Assembly (NCBI GenBank): GCA_951406725.2
Contig: OX597824.1
Location: 61,194,001-61,258,000, forward strand
Length of the DNA: 64,000 nt
Reading direction: 5' to 3'
Source of the DNA: Octopus vulgaris
Lineage: Eukaryota
Shown: one piece after another, positions 37,790 through 51,544 of the stretch
How positions within the stretch are numbered: position 1 is the first letter of the stretch
How the letters are laid out: each line of letters starts with the position of its first letter
Notes under the pieces: generated by a model
Seen by the model: only the letters and a program-made list of their open reading frames with translations
Database searches by the model: none
What the model was told of the DNA's origin: nothing
Made by a program: the position numbers and the translations under genes

Positions 37790-39115
37790 GGTTTTTGTTC
37801 TCCTACAATGGGTAGGTAAGGCAATAAGGGATTACGAAGCGGGGGCAGGAGCAAAAATTAACCGGGATAAGTCCGTCGGCTTGTAACTCGGCACCCGGAG
37901 GAGCAAGTCGATGTCGCCCAATAACGTCGTGAGACGTTGGACGGTTGACCGGTTAAAATGCTAGGAGTTTGGTTTGGTCCAGACCTCCAGATAGAGAAGA
38001 ACTGGATCGAGGTGGGGAGCAGGGTGGCTCTCCTAACCGAGACCTGGTGTGAGCGGAAGATATCCCTGAAAAGGAGAGCGGAGGTTGCAGGTGAACAGGT
38101 GTGTTTATCGCATCTGTAATTACCTACCGTCTGACCGTCGAGCCTTGCCCAGATTCGTGGTTGAACAAGCTGGAACGCATACTCTTCATCTTTTTACGGA
38201 GGAGCAGGGGACCTCTTGTAAGGTGCTCTATTGGCTGCCAACAACCGCTGAAGGATGGGATGGGGGTGCCATGGCTAAAAAAAGCGCAGGAATGCGTTGA
38301 AACTGAGGGATCTTGGGCTTTACCTGGACGGTAAGCAAGTGTGGTCTCCGTTCGTCTGACTGTTGCTTTCGCGGTTCACCTCTTTAGTGAACTGAACCCA
38401 TGGATTAAGCGTAGACCGAAGTTGGGTGCTTGGAAAGCAGAGTGCCGTCAGGCACTCTTGCTCCTCTTCCAGGCGGGCAACGCAGGCGGCGGGAGTTCTA
38501 CCTGGTCGTTTTATGGAGGGTTGGTAGAGTTCAAGTGTGACGATGCTCTAGGAGAAACTCTGGGCTTCGATGACGGTCAACGTACCGACCTGTACCGGAG
38601 AACATTCGGCCCTATGGATAATTACCAGAAGTCCCTGGCATGGCAATATTAGCGAGGAGTCTTACCTGTTCAGGATAAACTCTACAGGCATGATTCTTCA
38701 TCTACGCCAACATGCCCAAGATGAAGGCAGGGCAGTGAAATTGTTCTGCACTCACTTGTGCATTGTCCGAAGATTTCGGAGCTATGGGTTTATGTTGAGC
38801 AACTGCTGTCACGTCTGTCACCCGAGTCTATAATTAAGAGTGTTCAGCCGGCTTCTCTGAACAGGGAATAGCAGGCTTGTTTCCTCTAAGTAGTGGCTAT
38901 CGCGAAGGAAGGTGTATGGAAGACGCGAGTGAAAGGGATTGTGACGGGCATCTTCATCTTCAGCCTAGGGTTGGTTAACTTTTACCTTTTCCACCAGAAA
39001 ACGAAAATAAAGCTGGAGAGGAGATGCTTGTCGCAAAGGGCATTCGAGAAAAGATGGAAGATTGTTGCACGTTCTTTGCGTTTCGTCCTTTCGGAGCACT
39101 GGAGGTCAATGTAAT
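37790..39115 (+). mobile_element. Tx1/L1-like LINE 3' region, degraded
   Basis: GC-richer block; DNYQKSLAWQY; AIAKEGVWKTR...KIKLERRCLSQRAFEKRWKIV; remnant Cys/His knuckle near 38705-38770. Confidence 0.65.
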
Positions 39116-39637
39116 CGTCTAGCCACTCTATCAAAATTTTAAGCCTTGTATATATATTAGAAAGTGTATCTGTCTGTCTGACTATCTATCTATTTAGATG
39201 CTAACAAACATATATACATATCTATCCCTTTCTCTAATTGCTTTTACTTCTATCTGCTTAGATATAACAATGTCTAAGTCTTGTATATAAGGTAATGCAT
39301 TACTGATGTTGTTATTCTTCCGCAAATATTATTGGCAAAATTTATTCTATACTCAAATAAATACTGTCATTCTTGACGAGATCTACGTTGCAAAAATATG
39401 ATATAGTGTAATATAGTACAGTGCGCAATAAAATAGATTTGTGTGTGTGTGTGTGTGTCTGTATGCGTATGTAAGTATTTAGGTAGGAATGTCAGTTAAT
39501 GTGTGACGATCTTAGGAACCAATAAAGTCAAATACAACTATTCATATAACAGCCTAAAACGTAACAAAAGGCACGGTTTCAAACTGTGTTATCATCCCAG
39601 ATAAAGGAACAATAGAGCAGCAGCAACAAGAGTATAT

Positions 39638-39722
<85 letters not shown>

Positions 39723-39731
39723 GTATATATG

Positions 39732-39804
<73 letters not shown>

Positions 39805-40227
39805 GTATGTATGTATATGTATATGTATATTTATATGTATGTATATTTTTGTCCATATTCACAGAATCGACTACCTACACAGCTATGTATGTATATGTAA
39901 ATACTCAAACACACACACACATATACACACACATACACACATGCGTGGGCGCGCTCACACACAGTCTCTCTCTTTATCACACACACTTTAACTTTTACCA
40001 AGGAAAAGATTAAATACTGATTTCGAAGTTTCGGTTTCTTCGCCTGCTTCAGATTATTGTTGAGGTGGAGCAAGTCAAAAGTGAGAAGAATGAGTAATCG
40101 TTCAGTTCAATGTCGAATCGTTTTATATTATAACTTAATATAAAACAAGCATTTACGTGTGTGTGTGTGGATCGCCTTGAAAACGTTATGTTAACATATA
40201 TTTTCTGAAAAAATTAATTTCAATGAA

Positions 40228-40260
<33 letters not shown>

Positions 40261-40262
40261 TA

Positions 40263-40622
40263 TTCTTTTATTCTTTTACTTGTTTCAGTAATTTGACTGC
40301 AGCCATGCTGGAGCACCGTTTTTAGTCGAATAAATTGACCCAGGACTTATTCTTTCTGGGCCTATCGGTCCATTTTGCCGAACCGTTAAGTTACGGGGAC
40401 GTAAATACACCAACTTCGGGCGTCAAGCGATGGTGAGGGGACAAACACAGTAACACACACAGTTACACACACACACACACACACACAGATATAGGATGGG
40501 ATTCTTTTAGTTTCCGTCTACAAATCCACTCACAAGGCATTGGTCAGATGCTGTAGTAATAGACATTTGACCAAAGTGCCACTTAGCGGGACTGAACCCA
40601 GAACCATGTGGTTGGGAAGCAA
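40263..40622 (-). mobile_element. Family B SINE
   Basis: Family B signatures. Confidence 0.88.
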
Positions 40623-40703
40623 GCTTCTTACCACACAGCCATGCTAATGTATACATACACACGAACATACATACATACATACATACAAGCATACATACAT
40701 ACA

Positions 40704-40735
<32 letters not shown>

Positions 40736-41015
40736 CACATACACACACGCATATTAACACAATAGTCCGTTTTGTAAGGTGAATTCTACAATAAAGATGT
40801 AATTTTCTCTATTCGCATTTTTGTTGTCAAATACACTGCATTTCTCGAAACACTTCTAAACGATATTTGCATCTACTTGCCATACACGAGGAATTACCTT
40901 GAAAGTATATTCTACTTACATTTACTGGTGTCTAATTGTTGGATACTATTAACAAAATTATTTTGAAACTGTGTGCTTTGTTGATACATGCCTGAATTTT
41001 TAAATCCTTTTCTTC

Positions 41016-41080
41016 CTACGTACCATGGTTTCGCTTGTTAATATTTACGAATGTAAATATCTGCAAGCTCATCAGCGTAG
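41016..41080 (-). ncRNA. Type I hammerhead ribozyme, perfect core
   Basis: rc: CTACG-CTGATGA-GCTTG..ATATTTAC attc GTAAATAT..CAAGC-GAAA-CCATGGTA-CGTAG. Confidence 0.9.
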
Positions 41081-41666
41081 TTTGTCGCTTACAAAACACA
41101 ATTTCCAGAACTAGACACAGAACGCTCACTCGAAAGAGAGCATGCATAAAGTTCTGCAAATTATATTTGAGGTTAGTTTTGAAATGTCTTCATTTTGGCG
41201 CACTGAGGCCGGAAATAATTCTGCAGTTACGGTTAGAGAACACATATAGTAGAAATAGATACGACTCCTATCAAAAGGCTCTGGTTAAGCTTAAGAGCAA
41301 AACGTCAATTATCTGACGAGAAACCAAGTTATATATGAACTGAAGAGATGCCTCTGCACGATGAGGTACTTTGGAATTCATTGTATAGTTTCCCACCCGC
41401 ACGAGAGATGCGCAGGGTGTGTCGAAACGACCGCTGCAATAGTTTAAGTTTCTAGTATATTCTGTTTTCCGTATCAAACGTTTCTACTATACTGAACATG
41501 TGATGTGGAATCCTTAACGTAGATCCAGCGACGATTCTGCAATTACTGTGGATGACGCCAAGTAGCCATAAGCAGTGAACGTGCTTTGCCGGTATACCAC
41601 TGTGGCTAAACCCAAAATGCAGTTTAAATTTATAATTAAAAATTAAAAATTAAAATCCAAACTCTA

Positions 41667-41718
<52 letters not shown>

Positions 41719-41863
41719 CATGTGTGTGTATTTATATGTACGTATGTATACATGTATATACATATATATTCTCTCTCTCTATGTGTGTGTGTGTACGTAT
41801 GTGTATGCGTGTGTGAGTGTGTGAGTGTGTGAGTGTGTGTATATAGGGCAGTGTGTGTATATA

Positions 41864-42093
41864 GGCGGCGAGCTGGTAGAAACGTTAGCACGCCGGACGA
41901 AATTCGTAGCCGTATTTCATCTGTCGTTACGTTCCGAGTTCAAATTCCGCCGAGGTCGACTTTGCCTTTCATCCTTTCGGGGTCGATAAATTAAGTACCA
42001 GTTACGCACTGGGGTCGATGTAATCGACTTAATCCCTTTGTCTGTCCTTGTTTGTCCCCTCTGTGTTTAGCCCCTTGTGGGTAGTAAAGAAAT
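41864..42093 (+). mobile_element. Family A SINE, young full-length copy
   Basis: GGCGGCGAGCTGGTAGAAACGTTAGC...GAGTTCAAATTCC...GTGGGTAGTAAAGAAATA; ATATAGGGCAGTG occurs on both flanks. Confidence 0.92.
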
Positions 42094-42647
42094 ATATATA
42101 GGGCAGTGACTTTACAAGTGTTTGTATGCACACATGCACATATAAATAATGAATGCGAAAGCAAAAGCAATAATTAAATGTATACACGCACGAATGCGCA
42201 ATGACACTTATTAGTGTAAACATACACACTTGCACACACACACACGCGCGCGCGCGCGCACACACACACACACAAACACACACACAGAATCGCAAAAAGA
42301 CACTCACACAAATAGATGCAAGACAAATGAAAACACTGATTATCACAGAAAAAATCGTTGAAAAGGCCACAGATGTGTTCTGAAAGAGTTTTGCAAATGA
42401 ATTAATTGCATAATTAATTGACAGTTATAATTAAAAATGTGAACTACAAGCGGTGCGTGTAATTTCACTGGTACAAAGATTCATTTAAAATAGAAATGTA
42501 TCTTATTTCAACACACGGTTGCTCACCAAGAATTTTGCGAAATAAATAGAAAAAATACAGAAAATGCAGAAATACACTTACGCGTATTTATGAATGTGTG
42601 GTTGTAATTACGCCTGCGTGTGTGCATAAATTTATGTATATGAGTAA

Positions 42648-42679
<32 letters not shown>

Positions 42680-42789
42680 ATACATATATATATGAATATA
42701 TATATGTGTGTGTGTATATATATATATATACATATACATATACATGTAAGTGTATATATATATATGTATACATATATATGTATGTATAT

Positions 42790-42989
42790 ATATTGTTATA
42801 TTTCGGAATGGTCATTTTGCCAGTTAAGCCAATAAAAACACACGCACTATATATTTGGTGTTATTTTGAAATTAGATTAAGATTAATGTAAAAAATAAAT
42901 AACACTGAAGCAAAATAACACCAAATATATAGTGCGTGTGTTTTTATTGGCTTAACTGGCAAAATGACCATTCCGAAATATAACAATAT
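42790..42989. repeat. Perfect 79-bp inverted repeat with 42-nt spacer
   Basis: Arms 42790-42868 and 42911-42989. Confidence 0.92.
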
Positions 42990-43046
42990 CTGTTTCAACA
43001 CACGACTTCACATAAAAAACCTTGAACAACAAATATATAAACGTAC

Positions 43047-43107
<61 letters not shown>

Positions 43108-43779
43108 GTATATATAATTACAAAGTGAGATAGGGATTATGAGCGTAACCCACTATGGGATATCATTTATCCAATATACTGCCAGTGAAGTACCCAGAAA
43201 GGCTAATACATAAATGCTAAGAATTGCAATGCAATTAATTCATTTATTGTATTATATGGGCGAAGGTAAAATGTTTTACCTCAAATTCATAATACAAAAT
43301 AAGAAAATGGAGGAATAGATTTCTTTCAATCATCAACTACTAGATAATACCAATTCATATAATTTATTAACTAATTATTTAGGAACATCCAGATCAAACA
43401 GAATAATATAGAATAAAACAGTACACATAAACTCGTTTATTCTGTAAATTAGCTCTTTGGTGTAGTGGTTCTTAGTTGGAATGGGTACATCTTTCATTGA
43501 TGAATTGATCTATATCTTCTCCATTTTACTACAAATACGTTGTGGAATAAAAAAAAAATACTGCCAAGGAAAAAGTCATACTGTAAAAATGCAGTAATGG
43601 GCATGAAAATGTATGTAATGTATAGAAGTGTATGAATGAAATCTTTAAGGTTTAAAATTCAAATTAAGGAAGTACAATAATAATGTTTAGCAGTTCAAAA
43701 CTGTGAGTAGTGAAATGCAGAATTAGGTCGGCTGATCGTGAGAATCAAATATTGATCGCTTCGCTAAAACCTGCAGGTG

Positions 43780-44225
43780 GCATGAATGATTTCCCTTGGG
43801 TTGTTTAAATAAAATATTTGTAATATGTAGTAGATAGAAAGATCTATTGGAGGGGCCATATTATCGATTTTTTCAACAATCTAAGTATGTTATGAGGTTT
43901 CTAGATATGAGTTCTACTTACGTGTCAAATAATGTGATATTGTTTGCAAAAATTAGAAATTGGACACTCAAAAATCAATATTCAAAGTAATCAAACATAA
44001 ACAATGAAATGGATTATTTCCCTTGGGTGTTAAAAAATAATTATATAAGGCAGTTATAAAGGTCCCTTTCAGGGGTCATATCATCGATTTTTTAACAATC
44101 TAAGTATGTCATGAGGCTTCCAGACATGAGGTCTACTCACGTGTCAAGTTTCATCAAAATCAATAACACGATGTAAGAGGAGTTAGCTAACAACGCCACA
44201 AACAAATACACCGATTTTCCACATA
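43780..44225 (-). mobile_element. Helitron-family fragment with internal tandem duplication
   Basis: Homologous (rc) to 36085-36260; the block ~43845-43930 is repeated at ~44060-44148. Confidence 0.7.
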
Positions 44226-44231
44226 TGTATC

Positions 44232-44263
<32 letters not shown>

Positions 44264-44441
44264 TGTATGTATGTATGTATGTATGTATGTATGTATGTAT
44301 GTATGTATGTATGTATGTATGTATGTATATATATAAACTAAATAACTAACTTCAAATATAATTTGCAGAACTTTATGCATGCTCTCTTTCGAATGAGCGT
44401 TCTGTGTCTAGTTCTGGAAATTGTGTTTTGTAAGCGACAGA

Positions 44442-44506
44442 CTACGCTGATGAGCTTGCAGATATTTACATTCGTAAATATTAACAATCGAAACCATGGT
44501 ACGTAG
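44442..44506 (+). ncRNA. Type I hammerhead ribozyme
   Basis: CTACG-CTGATGA-GCTTG...CAATC-GAAA-CCATGGTA-CGTAG; one stem II mismatch relative to the 41016 copy. Confidence 0.88.
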
Positions 44507-44667
44507 GTAATCGTTTTTTATTTCGTATATTTTCATTTGTCTTGCTCATTTTTACATTCTGGTGTTTTGCTGAAATTTTTCTTGAGAACTCTCTTCGTGG
44601 TAATGGTGATTTGACGTCTATATTTACCATATTAGGAGTCCATTTTGATGGCCACTCCTCTTAATTT

Positions 44668-44724
<57 letters not shown>

Positions 44725-45831
44725 TGCCATCTAATAGTGTTATATCAAAAGACTATTTACCATAAGTGAAATATCTTCTTGTAGGCGGGGAAGGTGTGTC
44801 GGCTTGATCGAATCAAACTGAAATATACAATTAAATTTGTGACTGACATCACGAATTGATACTTACTCTGTTGTCATGGTGAAAGAGATTATGTCAATTA
44901 TACAGTCTGTGCGCGCGCGCGTGTGCACACACGTATGTCTGTATATACATACACACACACATACATACATACATAAATACATACATACATACATACATAT
45001 ATATATATATATACCTATATATGTATATATATAATTATTTATTTATGTGAATACATTCAAACATTCACATAAACTTACGTATATCTACACAGATTTACAT
45101 AGATACATACAACAAATGTGCATCGAAACAAGTAGATTTACACAAAAGGATAACTCAAACATACACACTTAAATACAAACATATACACTTACACAGAAAC
45201 CTACACGCAAACTTACACTTAAAAGTGCACACAAAATACACAACCACACACACACACATAACATTACATACAAACATTCACACCAAATATACAAACGCCC
45301 ACACACTTGCAGATAAACACAATAATACATAAAAAAACTTATTGACATACACATTTGATATAATATAGTACACACACACACACAAAATATAATAATAGCT
45401 TTTTCACTAACAGTCATTCAGTCAGTCAGTCAATCAATTAATCAATCGATCAATCAAACAAGTCCATCAGCCAACAAACAAGAGCAACAACGTTATTTGA
45501 GAGGTTGTTGTTATCAAATGGATATTATTGATATTAAAAAATAAACTCCATACATCAATGTAAAGTAAAAGCCTTGATAATCTTTCATTCTGGGCAAAAA
45601 TCTTTCAGCTTATGTTTTTCATCTCAATCATTATCGTAAAATTCTTTTCAAAACGTTTAAACATTTTTCTTTAACAAACCGAATTATTGTTGCGGATGTT
45701 TTGCTTATCGTCGTCATCGCCGTCGTCGTTGCCCTCCTCGTCGTTATTATCATCATCATCATCATCATCATCATCACCATCATCATCATCGTCGTCGTCG
45801 TCGTCATCATCATCGTCATCATCATCATCAA

Positions 45832-46059
45832 AACGGTAAGCTGGCAGAATCGTTAGCACGCCGGGCAAAATGCTTAGCGACATTTTGTCTGTCTTTATGT
45901 TCTGAGTTCAAATTCCGCCGAGGTCGACTTTGCCTTGTATCCTTTCGGGATCGATGAATTAAGTACCAGTGCAACACTACGGTCGATTTGCACCCCACCT
46001 AAAGTTCAAACTTTTTGCCTTTAGTAGAAAAGATTATTATTATTATTGTTATTATTATT

Positions 46060-46098
<39 letters not shown>

Positions 46099-47637
46099 AT
46101 TATCATCATCATCATAAAGGCGGCAAGGTGGTAGAATCGTTAGCACACCGGCAATAAAATGCTTAGTAGCATTTCGTCTGCCTTCATGTTCTGATTTCGA
46201 ATTCCGTCAAGGCCGACTTTACATTTCATCATTTCAGGGTCGACATAATAAGTACCAGTCGAGCACTGTAACCAATTAGTTCCCTCCTCCAAATTTTAAG
46301 CCTTGAACATATAGTAGAAAGGAGTATTATGATCATCATCGTCTTCAGAATGGTGAATTTGTTACAGCGTCTTTCAAGACATTTTCTGATTCTTTACGTT
46401 CTGTGTTCAAATACATCCAAATTCAGTGCTGCCGTTCATCTTTCCGGGGGCAATGAAATAAAGTTCTGGTTAGACACTGGGGTCGATGGTATAGCTTACT
46501 TCCCTCTCCTCAAAAATTACAGACATTGTGCTGGTGCTCCAGCACAATTATTATTATAGAAACAATTATTATTATCATTAACTATTATTATAAGAAACAA
46601 TTATTATTATCATTAACTACAGTGGATTGACAAAATCATCGGAGTGTCGGACAAAACTTCCTGGGGTATGTGTTCCAGTCCCTTACGTTCTGAGTTCAAA
46701 TCTCTCCGAGGTCGACTTTGCCGTTTATCTTTCCGGGAGCGACAAAATAAAATAACAATCAAGTACTTTGGAATCGACATTACATTTCATTCCTATCCGC
46801 TAAATTTCTGTTCTTGTACCTTCGTCATCAGAGCAGTGGAATGGCAGAATGGTTTGAGCATCAGAAAATTTTTTGTGAAATTTAATTACAGTTATGTTTA
46901 ACCAGTCGAGTTCTGCTTTGTTTTTCATCCTTCCGGGATCGATAAAATAAAGTGCTGGTGAAGTAATTGCGGCCCGATAGAATCGACTATTTTCCTTGCC
47001 TTGTGCTTATGTAGTAAATTACCACCTTTCTCATCCATACAGTCTATAGGCAGAAGAGATGAGAGACATCACATAGTTGTAATACTGGCTTGTGTGTGGT
47101 TATAGCTGCAACAGATGAGGATCACCGCATTATTGCAATATTGGTTTCTGTACTGAGACAAGGGAACACCAGCACAAATTTTTATAATATTGATCTCAAA
47201 TTTTGGCACAAGGCCAGTAATTTCGCGGGAGGGTGTAAGTCGTTTACACCAGTTCCAATACTCAACTGGTAGTTATTTTATTGAACCTCGAAAGGTTAAA
47301 AGGCAAAGTCGGTGTTGCTAGGATTTGAACTCGGAACATAAAGCATGGCGAAATACCTATTTCTTTACTACCCACAAGGGACTAAACACAGAGAGGACAA
47401 ACAAGGACAGACAAACGGATTAAGTCGATTATATCGACCCCAGTGCGTAACTGGTACTTAACTTATCGACCCCGAAAAGATGGACCCCAGTGCGTAACTG
47501 GTACTTATTTAATCGACTCCGAAAGGATGAAAGGCAAAGTCGACCTCGGCGGAATTTGAACTCAGAACGTAGCGGCAACCGAAATATCGCTAAGCATTTC
47601 GCCCGGCGTGCTAACGATTCTGTCAGCTCGCCGCCTT
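45832..47637. mobile_element. Array of ~7 family A SINEs (five +, then two -)
   Basis: + copies at ~45832, 46117, 46345, 46620 and 46835; - copies at ~47190-47350 and 47356-47637. Confidence 0.8.
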
Positions 47638-48164
47638 ACATTGTTATAATTAATATTGACTTCAGAATTGTGATGGATATAAGGACGTCCACATCATTAT
47701 AACATTGACTTCTGTAGTGTGATTGAGGCAACAAATGTTGGGTACCATATGATTATAATATCGATGTATTTGTATCGCCGCAAGGACAATATAAATAGAA
47801 AACATTGAAAGAATTTCTGTACAATTGTTGTAGTGTTTTTGTCTAAAACTGAAATTCTTCTCGCGTCAGACACTTGACAAAAACACTTCAGCTATAAAAC
47901 ATAATTAAGTTTCATATTCAATAGGGTACTCACAGTCTCTCTGTCTCTGTCTCTGTCTGTCTGTCTTCTCTCTCTCTCTCTCTAAACTCATTGATATATT
48001 TTCGTCTTCATTGAATGTGTGTCTGTATGTTTTGTATGTGTACGCAGTGCGAATATAGGGAAATCTATGCGACGTGAAAGTTTGTGTACGCGTCTATCCA
48101 TACATAAGTACGCACATACATGCATTCATACGCACACACATACACGTGCGCGCAGGTGCGTGTG

Positions 48165-48229
<65 letters not shown>

Positions 48230-48358
48230 ATGTGTTGTGTGTAACTATGCATGATAGCGTGCGGGCAAAGACACACATGCAATGCTCGTGCTCGCACGCA
48301 CGCACACACACACATACACACATTTATTACATACATAGTACATATGCATACACATGCG

Positions 48359-48391
<33 letters not shown>

Positions 48392-48859
48392 CACGTATAT
48401 GTGTATAGTTTGTGTGTGCAAAAGCATATGCAGAAAACAAGAAAACAGAAGTTCGACGATGAAATCAATTAAAATGCTTGATTTAGTTCTTTATTTTTAT
48501 TCCTTTAACCTTCTATTCTACCATTCTTTCATTCGATCATTCGTTCATCCATTCCTTCCTTCATTATTTTTCCCCACCTCCCTCTCTATTTACAGAGGCA
48601 AAACACTTTAGTATAATTACTTGCAATGTAAACAAATAGATGTTCTCTGTATTTTGTTTTTGTAGCAGCCAAATTTATCACCCGAAATAGAACCAAGTAA
48701 TCAATTTATCTGAAGACATTAGCAAGGTATCTCATCTACACGTTCTTACCGAAATAAATACGAATTAGTGAAAGAATGAGCGGTCAATGATTTAGGCTGT
48801 CGTAAATTGAAAATATTTATGCCTTATATACATACCTAAATACATATATACGTCCAGCC

Positions 48860-49645
48860 ACAAGTAGATACATAATGGAAAGCACCTGGAAGGGAACAAA
48901 TAGCTGGATACTGGTACAAAAGACTGATATTTTACGGGAAACAACTAATATGTATATTCAGAAGCACTATGGATGATCAGATTGTCCGAAGAAATTGTCT
49001 TGCTACAGCACGGACAAATCTTGTAGCAAAGAATGAAACCACCGAGCTGGCTGAAAACTACAGGCTCATTGCTTGCGTAAGCATTACGTATAGACTGTTT
49101 ACACGCTGCCTCAACCTATTTCTCTGAGTCCAACAACATAGTGACTGATGAGCAGGTCGGTGAAAAGAAGGGAGTATAGAGATGTACCGAACAGCTTTTG
49201 ATATACAAAGGTGTACTGTCTTATGTGGAAAAAAAAATCACAGGACCCTTACAACAGTACGACTTGATTATAGGAAAGCACTTGACCCCATTCCTCACGC
49301 ATAGCTGCCGAAGTGTCTCCATTTGACAAAAGTGCCTGCTATCTTAATTGTTGCCAGTGACAGGCTCACAAAGATCTGGGAAACAATTCTTACACTTAGA
49401 ATTGAGAGCGGATCGATCGTCTCCAATGTTATAAATATCTTAAAGGGAATATTCCAAGGAGAGTCAGATACGTCTCTCTGTAATGCTGCTCATTTTGATA
49501 TTAAATCTATTATCATTCCTGCTACAAAAATGAAATGGCTACATGTTTCGGTCTGCAGCTGTTAGATATATCAACGTAACCCATAGTTTCTTCGTAAATG
49601 ACCTCAAGGTGTATGCTAAAAATGTTAACAATGCCAATTCGCACG
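48860..49645 (+). mobile_element. R4/Dong-like non-LTR reverse transcriptase fragment
   Basis: WKAPGREQIAGYWYK; NYRLIACVSITYRLFT; EQVG; EQLLI; LDYRKALDPIPH; KGIFQG; THSFFVNDLKVYAKN; frameshifted. Confidence 0.85.
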
Positions 49646-49693
49646 TTAATTTGTTGTTATTGTCTAGCGATTTGTTGTTATTGTTGTTATTGT

Positions 49694-50030
49694 GAAGGCG
49701 CATGGCTTAGTGGTTAGAGTGTCGAGCTTACGATCGTGAGGTTGTGAGCTCGAATCCCGAATCGGGCTGCGTGTTGTGTTCTTGAGCAAGACACTTTATT
49801 TCACGTTGCTCCAGTTCACTCAGCTGTAGCAATGAGTTGCGACGTCACAGGTGCCAAGCTGTATCGGCCTTTGCCTTTCCCTTGGATAACATCAGTGGTG
49901 TGGAGAGGAGAGGCCGGTGTGCATGGGCGACTGCTGGTCTTCCATATACAGCCTTGCCCGGACTTGTGCCTGGGAGGGTAACTTTCTAGGTGCCATCCCA
50001 TGGTCTGTATTGTGACCGAAGGGGGTCTCA
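49694..50030 (+). mobile_element. Family C-related tRNA SINE
   Basis: GGCGCATGGCTTAGTGGTTAGAG...GAGCTCGAATCCC...TGTGTTCTTGAGCAAGACACT. Confidence 0.85.
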
Positions 50031-50409
50031 GATTGTCTAGCAGCAAGTCAGTTTTGATGGAGCAGAGCTATAACGAGAGACTTTCCAGGGACAACCAGCT
50101 CGGTGTTTTATTTATATACCAGGGACTACATTGTCCAATGTATGTGTATTCAATTTTTTTGTAGATGATAATGTGTGACTTGACAGAGATTTGCTTCTAT
50201 TTCTTGAAGAGCAAACGGCCACATACCTCGGGTTTCCAAGGACGTTGCCATAGATGTTGGATATTTTCCAATGCTCCATAACCACTTTGCAATAATAAAT
50301 CATGCTGATAAATACATATAAGGAGCGAAAACGAAATGAATCAATCAGACAAGATCAGACAAGAGAGGAGAAAAGTGTGTGTGTGTGTGTTTGTGTGTGC
50401 GTGTGTGTA

Positions 50410-50442
<33 letters not shown>

Positions 50443-50559
50443 AAGAGAGAGAGAGTAAGGGAAAGAGAGAGGGAGAGAGAGGTGGAGAGAAATTAAATAC
50501 ATATCTGACTCATTGAAAAAATACACGCACATATACATGTATATGATATATATATATAC

Positions 50560-50592
<33 letters not shown>

Positions 50593-51496
50593 TGTATGTA
50601 TGTATGTATGTATGTGTGAGTGTCTACATACAAAATACAATAAAGTACAATATCGGAATGAAATATGATGAATTACAATGAACGCATCCGATAGTTCAGA
50701 ATCATTACATAGAATAAAAAATAAACAAAGAAACTAAGCAACTAAAACAACAGGAAACAGCAAAACAAGCAGGTAAGATGCTGGTGATCGACAGTTTGGC
50801 AGTAACATAATTTCGTGAGAGGAATGTTAAAACATCTATATAATATATTGGGAAACACGTTAATTGACCTCTCATATACTATGCCAAAGTAAAACGCAGG
50901 CAGAGAGACTAGGGAAAAAGCAGACGGATTACTTAGAGACCGTTAAAAGGAGATGCACTATTAGAAACAGTAGGAAAGTATGAAGGAATCCAAAAGGCTA
51001 CACACTCCAGTAAAGGCACAATATTGAACTGAATAAGGAACAGAAGTCAATGTCAACTCTTTATAAATGGGGCACTCGGCAAAAAAGTATTGAATGATCC
51101 TTCAATGTAAGGTTCATATGTTACTATATATAACTTTACGTCAATACAAACATTAATAACGCACACACGCACACACACACACACACAGAGACACACACAC
51201 ACATTCATACACGCACACATACAGTGGCAGAGAGTAATTTGTGATGTGAATTCTGGTTGAATAAATGATGAATTTCCTTAGCATGAAACCCTAAGTGAAA
51301 CCAGAATGTTAACGTAAAATCTATTGAAAGATTTGTTTATCCATATTCCCGCTGATAATTGCTCATTCTTCCAGTTCGTTACGAGCGTATACCTATGTAT
51401 GTATGTATGTATGTATGTATGTATGTATGTATGTATGTATGTATGTATGTATGTATGTATGTATCTATCTATCTATCTATCTACCTATCTATCTAT

Positions 51497-51533
<37 letters not shown>

Positions 51534-51544
51534 TGTCTGTCTAG

